DNA of 64,000 nucleotides. Origin: a virus. Shown piece by piece: positions 47,001 through 56,048 of the stretch. The first letter of the stretch is position 1. Each line of letters opens with the position of its first letter. The position numbers and the translations under genes are program-made. The stretch covers positions 1 through 64,000 of IMG/VR virus record IMGVR_UViG_3300028812_000003. One strand, written 5' to 3'. The notes under the pieces were generated by a model. The model saw only the letters and a list, made by a program, of their open reading frames with translations. It did not search any database and was not told where the DNA came from.

Positions 47001-47198
47001 CGCGAGGCGTTCGGCGTCCTCGGCCGTCGGCATGAGGGCGATCATGCAACCCTGCGTGTGCGAGCCGTCGGCAGCGGCCGTCAGGACTGGTGGGTGCGGG
47101 TGAGACTGCCGACGGACCACGGCCACGGCGTCCGGCGGAAGTTGCCCGCGCAGCAGGTCCCCACCCTCGTTGACTTCCACCTCAGCGTGCTGCTCCAT
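44004..47198 (-). CDS. Multidomain head protein: 2H-phosphoesterase-like + MuF-like + capsid maturation protease
   Basis: ELHLTLFFLG and WAAHVC; ILDSRTCGPC...CRG; VEGIETGDGR, GVSVD, ATLVDIPAF; between portal and capsid. Confidence 0.75.
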   Translation of the reverse strand: MEQHAEVEVNEGGDLLRGQLPPDAVAVVRRQSHPHPPVLTAAADGSHTQGCMIALMPTAEDAERLAVPGGEPADELHLTLFFLGDDGATWTEDQRDTLESRVRNLVAGLPTVQARAFGAAHWNGGGDYPCWVWSVGDDRDAEPAGGSLVEARVLAGTALTMTMDLPEIPEQHSPWAAHVCAAYSDDPALLPELEQRLGPVTFDRIRLSFGDDDRDIPLSGDAVTAAGGPLRREPTDLELSSRADFASVHAEWEAATAGAVQALKSTTAAWRLDLREQIVKHLAADDPELLPDLTLSTLDATATLTGLMEEYAVKAGRACQREAEAQGVTVPDWSLPEDGDGPDVLTAGVGGRRLLTSVARLTSDLAASALVQAAKRKLSGLLRSSAPAETVAAEVDRELATMDDAGVRASVGSAMTAAQNAGRHAVMEAAPPASTYVASEILDSRTCGPCKVIDGRTFTTLDAAVAEYPVMGYRDCTGARYGNACRGFIVAVWQEVRTATTASGEETGMPWHKVEGHSGCPDGKPWAVVKDADGSVSGCHATEDDADDQLAALYAAEGDSTVTSATETAEALGKGEPNPGTKKDKRLKENQSAAGEEAQCPPGMEPDEESGECVPVGEQKAAGQAEALAHGAAADADRVAGKPAAEIGADGETAPWRGPLTVEGIETGDGREFKADALTWADLPLPLRWNKEDSHGGEPRTIAVNVGRIDRIWREDGGLIMGEGVLDLSTDDGRTVHGKIKGQFLRGVSVDVDSIKDADMELVWPADPDADGEGPDPFDMLFASPEKVVFNRGRIRAATLVDIPAFAEAYIALLGEDGAVVAGGEPIGAVRETRVARFRSLTVQAPQRPPAAWFASPALSVPTGITVTPEGRVYGHAALWGTCHIGQEGVCVTPPHEESHPYFMTGNVWCDDGGTTSVGQITVGTGHAPLSYGHRAAADHYDNTGAAVADVAVGNDAHGIWVAGSVRPGTPESRIHELRAAGQVSGDWRRIGGHLRLVGLLAVNVPGFPVPKLKTALAAGQQLALVAAGIPQLSEGLTEDELDQWAYRRVLTALSRRVHTTEGR

Positions 47199-49023
47199 GA
47201 CCGCTCACCGCCCTCGGCCGCAGGGACGTAGAGATCATCGCCGTGGTGTCCGCGTAGGGGCTGCGGCCGTCCAGCACCAGGCGGCCGAAGGCGTCCAGGT
47301 GGCACAGGTAGGTCCCGCTGCTCCCGGGCCGTGCCGACGGGGCCGCCGTGGCGACCGCGTGCGTGAACGGACAGGAGTACTCGTGCTCGCCGCACAGCGC
47401 GGGGTGCAGCAGTTCCCACCGGCCGGCCGCGCCGACCCGGAGCATGTGCTGTGTGCGCGCCTGCTGGACGAGGAGCCGCGCCCGCTCCGCTGCCGCCGCC
47501 TGCGACGGGGGCCCGGTCTCGTCCTGCGTCGGCGGCGGCTGGTCGCCCTGCGGGGCCGGGCGGTCGGCAGGGCTCCCGGACGTCTGCTCGCCCGCAGGCG
47601 GCGGGGTGTTGCCCTCCTGCACTGCCTCGGCCGTGCCGGGGTCCTGCGGGGAGACGGGGACGATCTGCGGGACGTCCTCGCCAAGCAGTTGCGCGAGGGC
47701 GGACGCGGCGCCGGACGGCAGCGTGCGGATGATGGTCTTCAAGGCCAGGTTGCGCAGCTCGTCGCCTTCCGGCTTGTCGGACTCGCCGAAACCAAGTTCC
47801 CGGCGGTACGCCTCGGGCGACAGCTCCATGCGGTCGTATGCCAGCGTCGCGTTGCCGCTGCGGTCCGGGCGCATGGCCAGCTCGCTCATGTCGTACCAGA
47901 CGACCCACGCGGCAGGGTCCTCGCCGGACGCCTCCAGCCGGGGCTGGAGGTAGCCGCGCGTGAGGGCGTCGCAGATCAGTTCCGCCACCGGGGCGATGTG
48001 CGTCTTCAGCGCGCCCTCTTCGAGCTGCCAGGCGCCCCAGTGGTTGACGTCACCCATGCCCAGCAGGATCTCGGCGGGCATGTCCAGCTTGGTGGCCAGA
48101 CGCTTGATCGCGCTGTCCCGCTTCTCGATGATCTTTTCGTCGATCTTCAGGGTGAAGTCGATGTGCTTCACCTTGTCGATGGCGTCCGCCGGACCGACCA
48201 GCGGGATGGGGACGACGGCGGAGGCGGTGCCAGGGTTCTGGATCGCGGTGGCGCTGATCTCGATCCACTCCGCCATGAGCGGGTTGGGCTCGTCGGCGAA
48301 CTCCTCGCGTACCGGGAAGGTCAGTTCGTCCGGCAGCAGGACGAGGCCGGCCGACGCCAGGCGGGACAGGTACTCAGACGTGATCTTCCGGTTGACCAGC
48401 TCCAGCTCGCGCATGATGTCCCGCGCGCTGCGGGCCGGGGAGTCGGCGAGGTGGAAGTACCTGTCGTGCGGACGCCAGACGCGGACGACGTGGTGGTCCG
48501 GCGCGAGGTCCCGCCAGTCCTGGCCGGTGGTCGCCGACTCCTCGTCCATCACCTGGTACTTGCCGGACTGGACGCGGATCTCGTCCACGGACCGGACCTG
48601 CCAGCGCTCCACCTTGCCGTCCTGCTCGCCGACCAGGTAGCCCTCACCGGGGAGGGAGAGCTGCACCGTCAGGCGGCGCATGAGCTGGGCCTGCCCGGCG
48701 ACCCCTCCGCCGAGGCGCATCATCAGGTCAGCGGCCGTACCACCGGTGACGATCTCCGGTTCGTCGCTGTCCGGCTGGAGCCTGGCGGCGCGCAGGCGTA
48801 CCCGGGACAGCATGTTGCTGAGCCACCAGACGCCGTAGTTGAACTCCCCCAGGCTCTCGTGGAACTGCCAGACCTCTTCCTGCCAGCGGTCCGTGCGGCG
48901 CAGGAACTTGGTCTCCGGGCCGGGTGGCTCTGCTGCGGCGGCCGTCAGCGCCTCGGGCTGCGGCGCGGGCAGCGGGGAGGGGTGGGTGACACCTCGTCCC
49001 CGGAATACGTCGTACCACGGCAT
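47182..49023 (-). CDS. Portal protein
   Basis: GGAGG RBS; SRLASAGLVLLP, LDMPAEILLGMGDVNHW; first head gene. Confidence 0.85.
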   Translation of the reverse strand: MPWYDVFRGRGVTHPSPLPAPQPEALTAAAAEPPGPETKFLRRTDRWQEEVWQFHESLGEFNYGVWWLSNMLSRVRLRAARLQPDSDEPEIVTGGTAADLMMRLGGGVAGQAQLMRRLTVQLSLPGEGYLVGEQDGKVERWQVRSVDEIRVQSGKYQVMDEESATTGQDWRDLAPDHHVVRVWRPHDRYFHLADSPARSARDIMRELELVNRKITSEYLSRLASAGLVLLPDELTFPVREEFADEPNPLMAEWIEISATAIQNPGTASAVVPIPLVGPADAIDKVKHIDFTLKIDEKIIEKRDSAIKRLATKLDMPAEILLGMGDVNHWGAWQLEEGALKTHIAPVAELICDALTRGYLQPRLEASGEDPAAWVVWYDMSELAMRPDRSGNATLAYDRMELSPEAYRRELGFGESDKPEGDELRNLALKTIIRTLPSGAASALAQLLGEDVPQIVPVSPQDPGTAEAVQEGNTPPPAGEQTSGSPADRPAPQGDQPPPTQDETGPPSQAAAAERARLLVQQARTQHMLRVGAAGRWELLHPALCGEHEYSCPFTHAVATAAPSARPGSSGTYLCHLDAFGRLVLDGRSPYADTTAMISTSLRPRAVSGHGAAR

Positions 49024-49267
49024 GCGGACCTCCCCGGCTCGGATCGTGGGGCATGGTAGCCGCGATCATCCGAATAGCCGTTTTACGGACGCCCGGGACC
49101 GGCTCATGCGTGGGCCCCGCCGGCCACCACCAGCGGGGCCCACACCCCTGCGCACCCTGACCCGAGGAAGTCGGGGAACTGCGCGCACCATACGCGCACC
49201 AGGCCATATCGCCTACTCCCACAGCAAAGCCCCGGAACCCGACGGTTCCGGGGCTCAGCGGGCGGCC

Positions 49268-50275
49268 CTACGCGCCGGCGGAACCCCGCTGCCACGCCGC
49301 CCCGGAAGACGCGCGGTGGCCGCCTCCCGGGGTGTAGACGCGGGTGGCGAGCGCGGTCTGGACGAGGTGGTCGGAGACGGCGCGCGAGATGACCATGCCG
49401 GTCGCCGCCTCCACGAACCCGAACTGGCCGAACGGGTTCGCCTCCAGGAACCACCACGTGCCGTCACGATCGACGGCGAAGTCCAGCGCCGCGTACTCCA
49501 GGCCCAACGCGTCCATCAGCCGCTGCACCTTCTGGACCAGGGGCAGGCTGGCGCCCACGGCCTCGAACCGCAGGTCCCGCTCCGGGGCGGCCCGCCAGTC
49601 CAGCGCGCCCCCGGAGGTCACCTTGCAGGGGAACGCGCGGTCGCCGACCACGGTCAGCCGGACGTCGTACACCTTGTCCACCGGCCGCTGGAGGTAGCAC
49701 ACGGCCTGGCGCACGCTGTCGGCCGCGTCCTCGATCTCCTCGGCCGTCGTGAGCCGGGCCTGGACGAACCGGGACGGGTGCGCGGTGAGGGTTTTGCACA
49801 CCGCCCGGCCGCCCTGCTCCCGGGCGAACGTGACGGCACGGCTCGGGTCGTTGGTGAACAGGGCGGGCGGCGTGCGTAACCCGAGCGACGCGGCCAGCCG
49901 CAACTGCCTCGGCCCCGGCCTCGCCGACAGGGCGCGGTGCGGGTGGTTGACCCACAGCACGTCGTCGAGACCGAACAGGAAGTCCTCCAGGATGACGCGG
50001 GACTCCTGCTGCTCCCACCCGCCCGGCAGGCCGGGGTGCCACCAGAGAACCGACACGACCGACTGCGACAGGGTGGACCGGTGCGCGTCCGAGAGCGTGA
50101 ACCGTAGCGGCTCGCCGTCCGAGAGACCGGTCATCGTCAGGACCCCCGGGCGCGCGAGGTCCGACGGGTCGACGCGGTGGATGGAGACGCCGCGTTCCTG
50201 AATCTGCCGTATCACCATGTCGGCCCCGAGGTCGCCGGGGGAGGTGACGACAAGCACGGTGGGTGGGAGCGGCAT
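49268..50275 (-). CDS. ATP-grasp RiPP (graspetide) ligase
   Basis: WVNHP, LFTNDP, YLQRPVDKVYDVRLTVVG, LDWR, AALDF, WWFLEANPFGQFGF. Confidence 0.9.
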   Translation of the reverse strand: MPLPPTVLVVTSPGDLGADMVIRQIQERGVSIHRVDPSDLARPGVLTMTGLSDGEPLRFTLSDAHRSTLSQSVVSVLWWHPGLPGGWEQQESRVILEDFLFGLDDVLWVNHPHRALSARPGPRQLRLAASLGLRTPPALFTNDPSRAVTFAREQGGRAVCKTLTAHPSRFVQARLTTAEEIEDAADSVRQAVCYLQRPVDKVYDVRLTVVGDRAFPCKVTSGGALDWRAAPERDLRFEAVGASLPLVQKVQRLMDALGLEYAALDFAVDRDGTWWFLEANPFGQFGFVEAATGMVISRAVSDHLVQTALATRVYTPGGGHRASSGAAWQRGSAGA

Positions 50276-50277
50276 GA

Positions 50278-50550
50278 TCAGTCGTCGTCCTTCTTGAGCC
50301 CGGTGGAGTTGTGGGTCATGGTCGGTCCGACCAGCGCGGGCGTGGCGTCGGCGAAGTCGTCGTCCCGCTTGAATCCCTTGTTGTTGTGGGTCATGGTCGT
50401 GGCCCAGACGTCGGCGACGTCCACCACGGCGTCGCCGGCCGGGGTGATGTTGAGCTGGCGCAGCCGGTCGTACGTGTGCGCCGGCGTGCGGTCGGTGGGC
50501 GGCTCCGGGTCTGCGACGAGGAGTGCGAACGGGGTGAGGGTGGCGGTCAC
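50278..50550 (-). CDS. Graspetide precursor peptide with two core repeats
   Basis: PFAL leader, YDRLRQLN; TMTHNNKGFKRDDD and TMTHNSTGLKKDDD. Confidence 0.85.
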   Translation of the reverse strand: MTATLTPFALLVADPEPPTDRTPAHTYDRLRQLNITPAGDAVVDVADVWATTMTHNNKGFKRDDDFADATPALVGPTMTHNSTGLKKDDD

Positions 50551-50632
50551 AGTCTGTTCCTTCTCGTGTAGGGGCCGAGCCTAGCGCCGGGTGGACGCCG
50601 GGCCGTGGGAAGAGGTCAGGGTGTTCCGGGGC

Positions 50633-51928
50633 TCACAGCCGCGCGGACACCCGCTCGCGCAGGTCGGTGACGGCCGGCGAGTCGGGGACGGACGGCAGTC
50701 GCGCGGCCACGGTGGCCAGGCCGTCGGAGATCTTCGTGGACTGCACGCCGGCGGAGCACGTCAGGAAGTCGTCCCAGGTGTGCAGCGCCTGCGCGGTGTT
50801 GCCGCGCTTGAGCTGCACGTGTCCCAGGTCGGCGAGCACGATGGCCCGCGTGCGCTTGCGGTCCAGGCCGTGAATGTCCAGTGCCAGGTTCAGGTGCTCC
50901 TCGGCGGCGGCGAGGTCACCGAGCCGGGCGTGGATCATCCCGGAGTCGTGCGCCCACCGGCCGTGGCTGTAGTGCGACGCCCACGACTGCCCCGGAGCGG
51001 ACGGGGCGTGCTCCATCGCGCCCTGCGCGGCGGACAGCAGCCGGGCCGCCGTGGCGCGGTCGCCGTCGGCCGCCTTCGCCCGCGCGAGGGTGTTGCGGTA
51101 GTAGGCGAGCGCCTTGGGGTTGTCCAGCCGCCGGCCGCGCTCCTCGCACGCCTCGGCCAGCCGCACCGCCGTGGGGATGTGCCCGAGGTCGATGGCCTGG
51201 TCAGCGAGCCCGCGCAGCGCGGTCGCCGCCAGCTCGTTCTCCCCGGCCTCGGTGGCCAGCCGTACGGAGTGGACGAGGTAGCGCTGGCTCAGGCCCACGT
51301 TGCCCTCGTCCCGCGCCATCCAGCCGATGAGGTGGACCAGTTCGGCGGTCGCCGCGAACAGCTCCCGGCCCACGGCTGCGGTGTACCGGCCGTCCAGCCA
51401 CCGGCGTACGTCCTCGGTCAGGTAGCGCACGGCGAGGTGCCGCGCGTGTCCGCCGCCCAGTTCCGAGGCCGCGTCCCCGAGGGTGCCGGTCATGGTGCGC
51501 ACGGCGGCCACCTCGCCCATGCCGACGGCCGCCGGGCCGGACCGGGCCACGCGCCGGGTCACCGCCTCGGGGTCCGGGAGGTCCAGGGCGGCCAGGCCCG
51601 CGCCGGCCGAGGCGGCGAGGAACGTCCTCCGGTTCACGTCGTCTCCCCCAAGGGTCATGACCGAGGTCACCGTGTCGTCCGGGCCGGCGGTCACTTCCGC
51701 AGCACCGCGAAAGTGATCCTGGAGGGCGACGCCCAGCGCCTGTTCGATGTAGGGGAGCCAGTCCACCGGGATACGCCGGCCGGTCTCCCACCGGTAGACC
51801 TGCTGCCGGTCGCAGTGTCCCCGCCGTCCCCAGCGCAGCTCCGATAACTGGTCCGCGAGGGCGGCCTGGCTGCACCGTGGGGTCCGGGCCTCCCGGGCGG
51901 CGCGAATGCGTTCGCCGATTGTCGACAT
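50633..51928 (-). CDS. XRE-HTH/TPR-like transcriptional regulator
   Basis: IGERIRAARE, SQAALA, VYRWETGRRIP; NRRTFL; LGGGHAR; helical repeats. Confidence 0.85.
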   Translation of the reverse strand: MSTIGERIRAAREARTPRCSQAALADQLSELRWGRRGHCDRQQVYRWETGRRIPVDWLPYIEQALGVALQDHFRGAAEVTAGPDDTVTSVMTLGGDDVNRRTFLAASAGAGLAALDLPDPEAVTRRVARSGPAAVGMGEVAAVRTMTGTLGDAASELGGGHARHLAVRYLTEDVRRWLDGRYTAAVGRELFAATAELVHLIGWMARDEGNVGLSQRYLVHSVRLATEAGENELAATALRGLADQAIDLGHIPTAVRLAEACEERGRRLDNPKALAYYRNTLARAKAADGDRATAARLLSAAQGAMEHAPSAPGQSWASHYSHGRWAHDSGMIHARLGDLAAAEEHLNLALDIHGLDRKRTRAIVLADLGHVQLKRGNTAQALHTWDDFLTCSAGVQSTKISDGLATVAARLPSVPDSPAVTDLRERVSARL

Positions 51929-52058
51929 GTCTTCCTCGGTCCTGGTCACTGGTCTCTGGTCTACGGCTGGCCTACGCCTGGCCTACAGTCTGGCAGCTAC
52001 GCGCGGGCCGTGGCAGGGGGTTGACTGGCCATTACGACAGCAACCCCCGGAGGACATC

Positions 52059-52439
52059 ATGCCCGCCACACTCGGCCTTCCCACCCTCACCGACACCGTC
52101 CGCCGCGCGGCGGAGATCCACGACGCCTGGACGGCGGACCCGGAGATGCCGGACGTGGCCGGGTGCGTGGCCGATGCCGTACGGGTCCTCGCCGTCCGGG
52201 CCGCCGTGCACGAGGCCACCAAGGACGAGGACGCCGCCGCTCTCGTCGCGCCGGTGGCGGTGGAGCTGTCCGCGCTTCTGCTGGACCGTCAGTTCCCGGA
52301 GGTGGCCCGTGTGATGGCCCGCACGGGTCACAGGTTTATTTCCGGCAGGCGGGGTACCCACTGGCAGCCCGGCGGATACCTGCACCGGGTGTACGTCGGC
52401 GCCTTCGGGCAGGCGGGCGGCCGGCACTGGCCCGTGTGA
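52059..52439 (+). CDS. Hypothetical protein divergent from the XRE regulator
   Basis: GGAGG RBS; hairpin follows. Confidence 0.65.
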   Translation: MPATLGLPTLTDTVRRAAEIHDAWTADPEMPDVAGCVADAVRVLAVRAAVHEATKDEDAAALVAPVAVELSALLLDRQFPEVARVMARTGHRFISGRRGTHWQPGGYLHRVYVGAFGQAGGRHWPV

Positions 52440-52503
52440 GACACGGGAACGACGAAGCCCCGGGACCTGTGGTGGAGTCCCGGGGCTTCGGTGTGTCTGC
52501 GGG

Positions 52504-52860
52504 TCAGGTGCGGCCGACGACCCCGCCGCCGGTGAGCAGGGAGTCGATGGTGTTGGCGATGTCCTGGAGCAGGATGCCGTCCCGCATACGGGCTTCGCCC
52601 ACCTCGTGGGTCTCGACGGTGCGGCGGTTGACGCGGCGGACACCGGCGATGCGGGAGCCGATGCGGCCGATGCGGCGGGCCAGCAGGGGCAGCGGGTTGT
52701 CCTCGTCGTAGCGGTAGCCGTAGCCGTCGGCGGTGATGTAGGCGAGGACACCGGCGACGCCGTGGACACCGTACTTGGCCAGCAGCGCCTCGTGCTCGCG
52801 CAGGACGGCGGCGATGCAGACCATGGCGGGGGCGGCGGTGCGGGTGGCGGTGGTGTTCAT
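52504..52860 (-). CDS. Hypothetical protein
   Basis: SAS at 52861-52883. Confidence 0.75.
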   Translation of the reverse strand: MNTTATRTAAPAMVCIAAVLREHEALLAKYGVHGVAGVLAYITADGYGYRYDEDNPLPLLARRIGRIGSRIAGVRRVNRRTVETHEVGEARMRDGILLQDIANTIDSLLTGGGVVGRT

Positions 52861-52906
52861 GGCGGGTTCCTTCTTCCTTGGTCTGTCGGTCCGGTACCCC
52901 GTCCCG

Positions 52907-52947
52907 ATGAATTAATTAAACCATGACCTTGCGGAGAAGACAACCCC
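52907..52947 (-). promoter_or_regulatory. Promoter/operator module, copy 13
   Basis: Reverse complement GGGGTTGTCT...ATGGTTTAATTAATTCAT (52907-52924). Confidence 0.8.
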
Positions 52948-53003
52948 GGGACCATCCTCGGATCGGCCGGTGCCCCGGATCGAGGCGCCGGTGCGCAGGC
53001 GGG

Positions 53004-53660
53004 TCAGACCGTGGCGGCCTTACGCCTCGGGGCGCGGCGGACGTTCTTGACCACGAAGTCCTTCGGGTCCTCGGACGGGAGCGGCCAGGTCTGGCCGGTG
53101 CGAGCCATCTCCGCGCGGGCCTTTGCGTTCTGTTCCCGGCGGAAGTCCACGGATTCGGCGACCGCGATGCGTGCGGCCTCGTCCTTGTCGGCGGCCGACA
53201 CCACGCGGACGCCGGCGCCGATCATGCCGCCGCGCGGGTGGTGGCGTTCGATCAGGACGCGGTACGTCTCGCGGGCCTCCCGCGCGGTCTCGCGGACAGT
53301 AGTCACGACCTCTTCGGCCAGGCCCGTCGGGATGTCCGTGTCGCCGTGCTCCTCGCGCACCACAGCGTAGACGGCCGCGTACATCTCCCAGCCCATCAGC
53401 TTGCCCCGGAGGATGACGCGCACCACGGGGTTGTCCTGTGCGTCGAACGCCTCTCGCGCCGCCGCGACCTTGCCGGCGTAGTACAGCGTCTGGTCCGGCG
53501 AGTAGTTGTCGCGGACGACGCTCTCCACCAGGGTGAGTCCCTTGCGGAGCACCTTGTTCGCCTCGGCCTGGCTGATGAGGCCGTCGCGGACGTAGGGCTT
53601 CATCGCGTCGCGGGCCGCGCGCTCCGTCTTGGGCATCTCGCGTCGGGTCACGCTGCTCAC
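53004..53660 (-). CDS. Hypothetical protein
   Basis: GGGGAG RBS; GTGA overlap. Confidence 0.7.
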   Translation of the reverse strand: MSSVTRREMPKTERAARDAMKPYVRDGLISQAEANKVLRKGLTLVESVVRDNYSPDQTLYYAGKVAAAREAFDAQDNPVVRVILRGKLMGWEMYAAVYAVVREEHGDTDIPTGLAEEVVTTVRETAREARETYRVLIERHHPRGGMIGAGVRVVSAADKDEAARIAVAESVDFRREQNAKARAEMARTGQTWPLPSEDPKDFVVKNVRRAPRRKAATV

Positions 53661-54040
53661 CAGTTCTCCCCGTCGGACGGGTCGGCGTACCAGTCGGCCG
53701 GCAGCGGGTCGCCGTGCCAGTCGCGCGGCAGCGGGGTAAGGGCCCCGGGCTTCGGACGGTTCCTGCTCCAGGGCTGCGCGTGGCTGGCCCACCGCCGCGT
53801 AAGAGGGTTCCACCTGTTGACCATGACACCGCCTACGGCGTAGGTGCCCGTGTGACCGAACTTCGTGCGGAAGGCCACCCTGTCCGCACGGCCGCGTTCG
53901 TCCCGGATGCGCCGGGCTTCGGCGTACGCCTCGTCTTCCGTGGCGTACCTGTCGGACTGACGGAAGCCGGGCCCTTCGATCACGATCTCGAACGGCAGGG
54001 CGCTCCGGGGCGCGCCCGCCTGACTGGGATTGTCGGCCAT
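53657..54040 (-). CDS. Hypothetical protein
   Basis: SAS at 54041-54064. Confidence 0.7.
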   Translation of the reverse strand: MADNPSQAGAPRSALPFEIVIEGPGFRQSDRYATEDEAYAEARRIRDERGRADRVAFRTKFGHTGTYAVGGVMVNRWNPLTRRWASHAQPWSRNRPKPGALTPLPRDWHGDPLPADWYADPSDGENW

Positions 54041-54085
54041 GGCCGGTTCCTTCTTTCCTTGGTCTGTCGGACGGCACCCCGTCCG

Positions 54086-54127
54086 ATGGATTGATTAAAT
54101 CATACTCGCGGGCCGAAGGACAACCCG
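54086..54127 (-). promoter_or_regulatory. Promoter/operator module, copy 14
   Basis: Reverse complement GGGTTGTCC...ATGATTTAATCAATCCAT (54086-54103). Confidence 0.8.
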
Positions 54128-54243
54128 GAGCGGAGGATGCCACGGAACCCGGCAGCCGCAGAATCGCTCTGGGCGAAGCGCAAAACGTGTGTTTTGCAGG
54201 AGCCGGTCGACGGGCCCCGGTAGGCTCATCGCCCGTGACGATC

Positions 54244-55335
54244 ATGACCCCGGGACCCGGAACGCTCGCCGCCGACGACCCGGCGCTGCGCACCGTCATG
54301 ACCCTGCGGGACCGGTTGGGCACCGTCGCGCCCCGTGACCCGAGGACGCGCCGGCTCGGGCCGCGCGTACACCGGCTGGACCTGCTGCACCAGTTGTGCG
54401 AGCGCGAGACGTTCGGACACGTCTGCGGGTGGCTGTCCTCCGAGCGGTTCACCTCCGACGGCACCCGGCGCGAGTACGCGGACGACGTCCGGCACTGGGC
54501 CCGCGCCGGCCGGGAGTTGGTGGGCACCGAGCCGTGGTACCTCGGGGCGATCACCCCGGACGTCATCCCGCACTGGCGCGCGTGGACCGACGACATCAAG
54601 CTGGGCTCCCGCCGGGTCAACCGGCTGTGCTCCTCGCTGACCTCGCTCATCGAGTACACCAAGTTCCGCACCCGGCTGGACATCGTCAACCCGATCACCC
54701 GGTACGACCGGCCGGTGATCGACCAGCACGACGAGACGGCGATGACGCCGGTCCTGGAGGTGGAGGAGTTCCAGGCCGTGGTGGAACAGGCGGCCACGGC
54801 GCGGCAGGCGTTCGTCCCGGTGCTCATCTACACCCTGGCCGGGCGGGTCTCCGAGTGCTGCGCGGCCGACCGGCGGGACATCAGGTCGGTGGGCGGCGAG
54901 TGCAAGCTGGACCTCACCCGCAAGGGCGGCAAGGGCCGCGTGTTCACCCTGCCGCCGCTGCTGTGCGAGCTGGGCGCCCGGTGCTGGGACGGACAGGAGT
55001 CCGGGCCGCTGTTCCTGGACGACGAGGGCCGGCCGATGGACCGGCACGCGGTGGACCGGCTGCTGAACCGCCTCGGCCGCGCGGCCGGCGTCCTGCCCGG
55101 CCGGGACCTCACCCCGCACGTGCTGCGCGCGAGCAAGCTCACCCACATGTACGACGAGGGGCAGAAGGCGCAGGACGGGAAGCCGACGCCGGACGACATC
55201 CGGCGCTTCGCCGACCACAGCCACCTGTCCACGACGATGCGTTACATCCGCCGCCGCGACGACGAGGCGCTGAAGCGGACGCACGCGGCGGCGGCCGTCC
55301 GCGTGTACGAGGGCCTGGTGGACCGGTTCCTGTGA
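54244..55335 (+). CDS. Tyrosine recombinase (XerC/D-like); start uncertain
   Basis: AGRVSE (R), RKGGK (K), HVLR (HxxR), DHSHLSTTMRY (H, Y). Confidence 0.9.
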   Translation: MTPGPGTLAADDPALRTVMTLRDRLGTVAPRDPRTRRLGPRVHRLDLLHQLCERETFGHVCGWLSSERFTSDGTRREYADDVRHWARAGRELVGTEPWYLGAITPDVIPHWRAWTDDIKLGSRRVNRLCSSLTSLIEYTKFRTRLDIVNPITRYDRPVIDQHDETAMTPVLEVEEFQAVVEQAATARQAFVPVLIYTLAGRVSECCAADRRDIRSVGGECKLDLTRKGGKGRVFTLPPLLCELGARCWDGQESGPLFLDDEGRPMDRHAVDRLLNRLGRAAGVLPGRDLTPHVLRASKLTHMYDEGQKAQDGKPTPDDIRRFADHSHLSTTMRYIRRRDDEALKRTHAAAAVRVYEGLVDRFL

Positions 55336-55385
55336 CACGACGAAGCCCCGGGCCGATGCGGCTCCGGGGCTTCGTTGCGGTGCGG

Positions 55386-55781
55386 TCAACGCTGTCCGTA
55401 CCGCTGCTCGATGTCCGCCATGCACGGCTTGCAGGCGCTGTGCCCGGAGCCCCACGCCGAGACGGCGAGGGCGTCGGGGTCGACGTAGGTCATGCACATC
55501 CCGCACAGCTCCTGCCCCGGCGCGGGCGCGGAGTGCAGCCGGTATCCGGTCCGGCGCTCCGCGCCCCTGTCGGTCAGGCCCGTCGGGTGCAGCGACGAGA
55601 CCTTCACCCACCGGTGCCCGCCGAGGCCCTTGATACCGCCGAACGGGTCCCAGACGTAGACGTCGTCACCGTGCACGCGCTCCACGACGAACGGCCGGCA
55701 CCGGGACCCGGCGGAGGTCCGACACGGCACGTACGTCTGCCTCGGCTTCACCGCGAACGTCTCGCGCCCCATGGTCATCAT
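55386..55781 (-). CDS. Hypothetical protein with C-terminal zinc motif
   Basis: GACCAAGGA directly before ATG; CGMC...CKPC. Confidence 0.65.
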   Translation of the reverse strand: MMTMGRETFAVKPRQTYVPCRTSAGSRCRPFVVERVHGDDVYVWDPFGGIKGLGGHRWVKVSSLHPTGLTDRGAERRTGYRLHSAPAPGQELCGMCMTYVDPDALAVSAWGSGHSACKPCMADIEQRYGQR

Positions 55782-55842
55782 TCCTTGGTCTGAACTGTGG
55801 AGCCCCGGGCCGTGTGGCTCCGGGGCTCCCTGGCCGCGCGGG

Positions 55843-56022
55843 TCAGGCGGCGCGGTCGTGCTTGCGGACGGTCTCCCAGTAGACGTCATTGGGGACGGCG
55901 TCGATGTTCTCGATGGGTCCGTGTTCCTGGACCAGGTCTTCCACGACGGCGTCGATGTCGTAGTCCCCGGTGTGGTCACCGAGGGTGAGGGACACCTGGT
56001 GGGCAAGCGCGGTACGGTCCAT
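55843..56022 (-). CDS. 59-aa acidic protein
   Basis: Double SAS upstream; DYDIDAVVEDL...YWE. Confidence 0.7.
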   Translation of the reverse strand: MDRTALAHQVSLTLGDHTGDYDIDAVVEDLVQEHGPIENIDAVPNDVYWETVRKHDRAA

Positions 56023-56048
56023 GGCCGTTCCTTCCTTGGTCGGGTTCC

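Noticed and set aside
54244-55335. Prophage integrase with att site
   Set aside because: No att duplication or host junction seen; phage genes lie on both sides and ParA/TraB favour a resolvase role. Not fully excluded.
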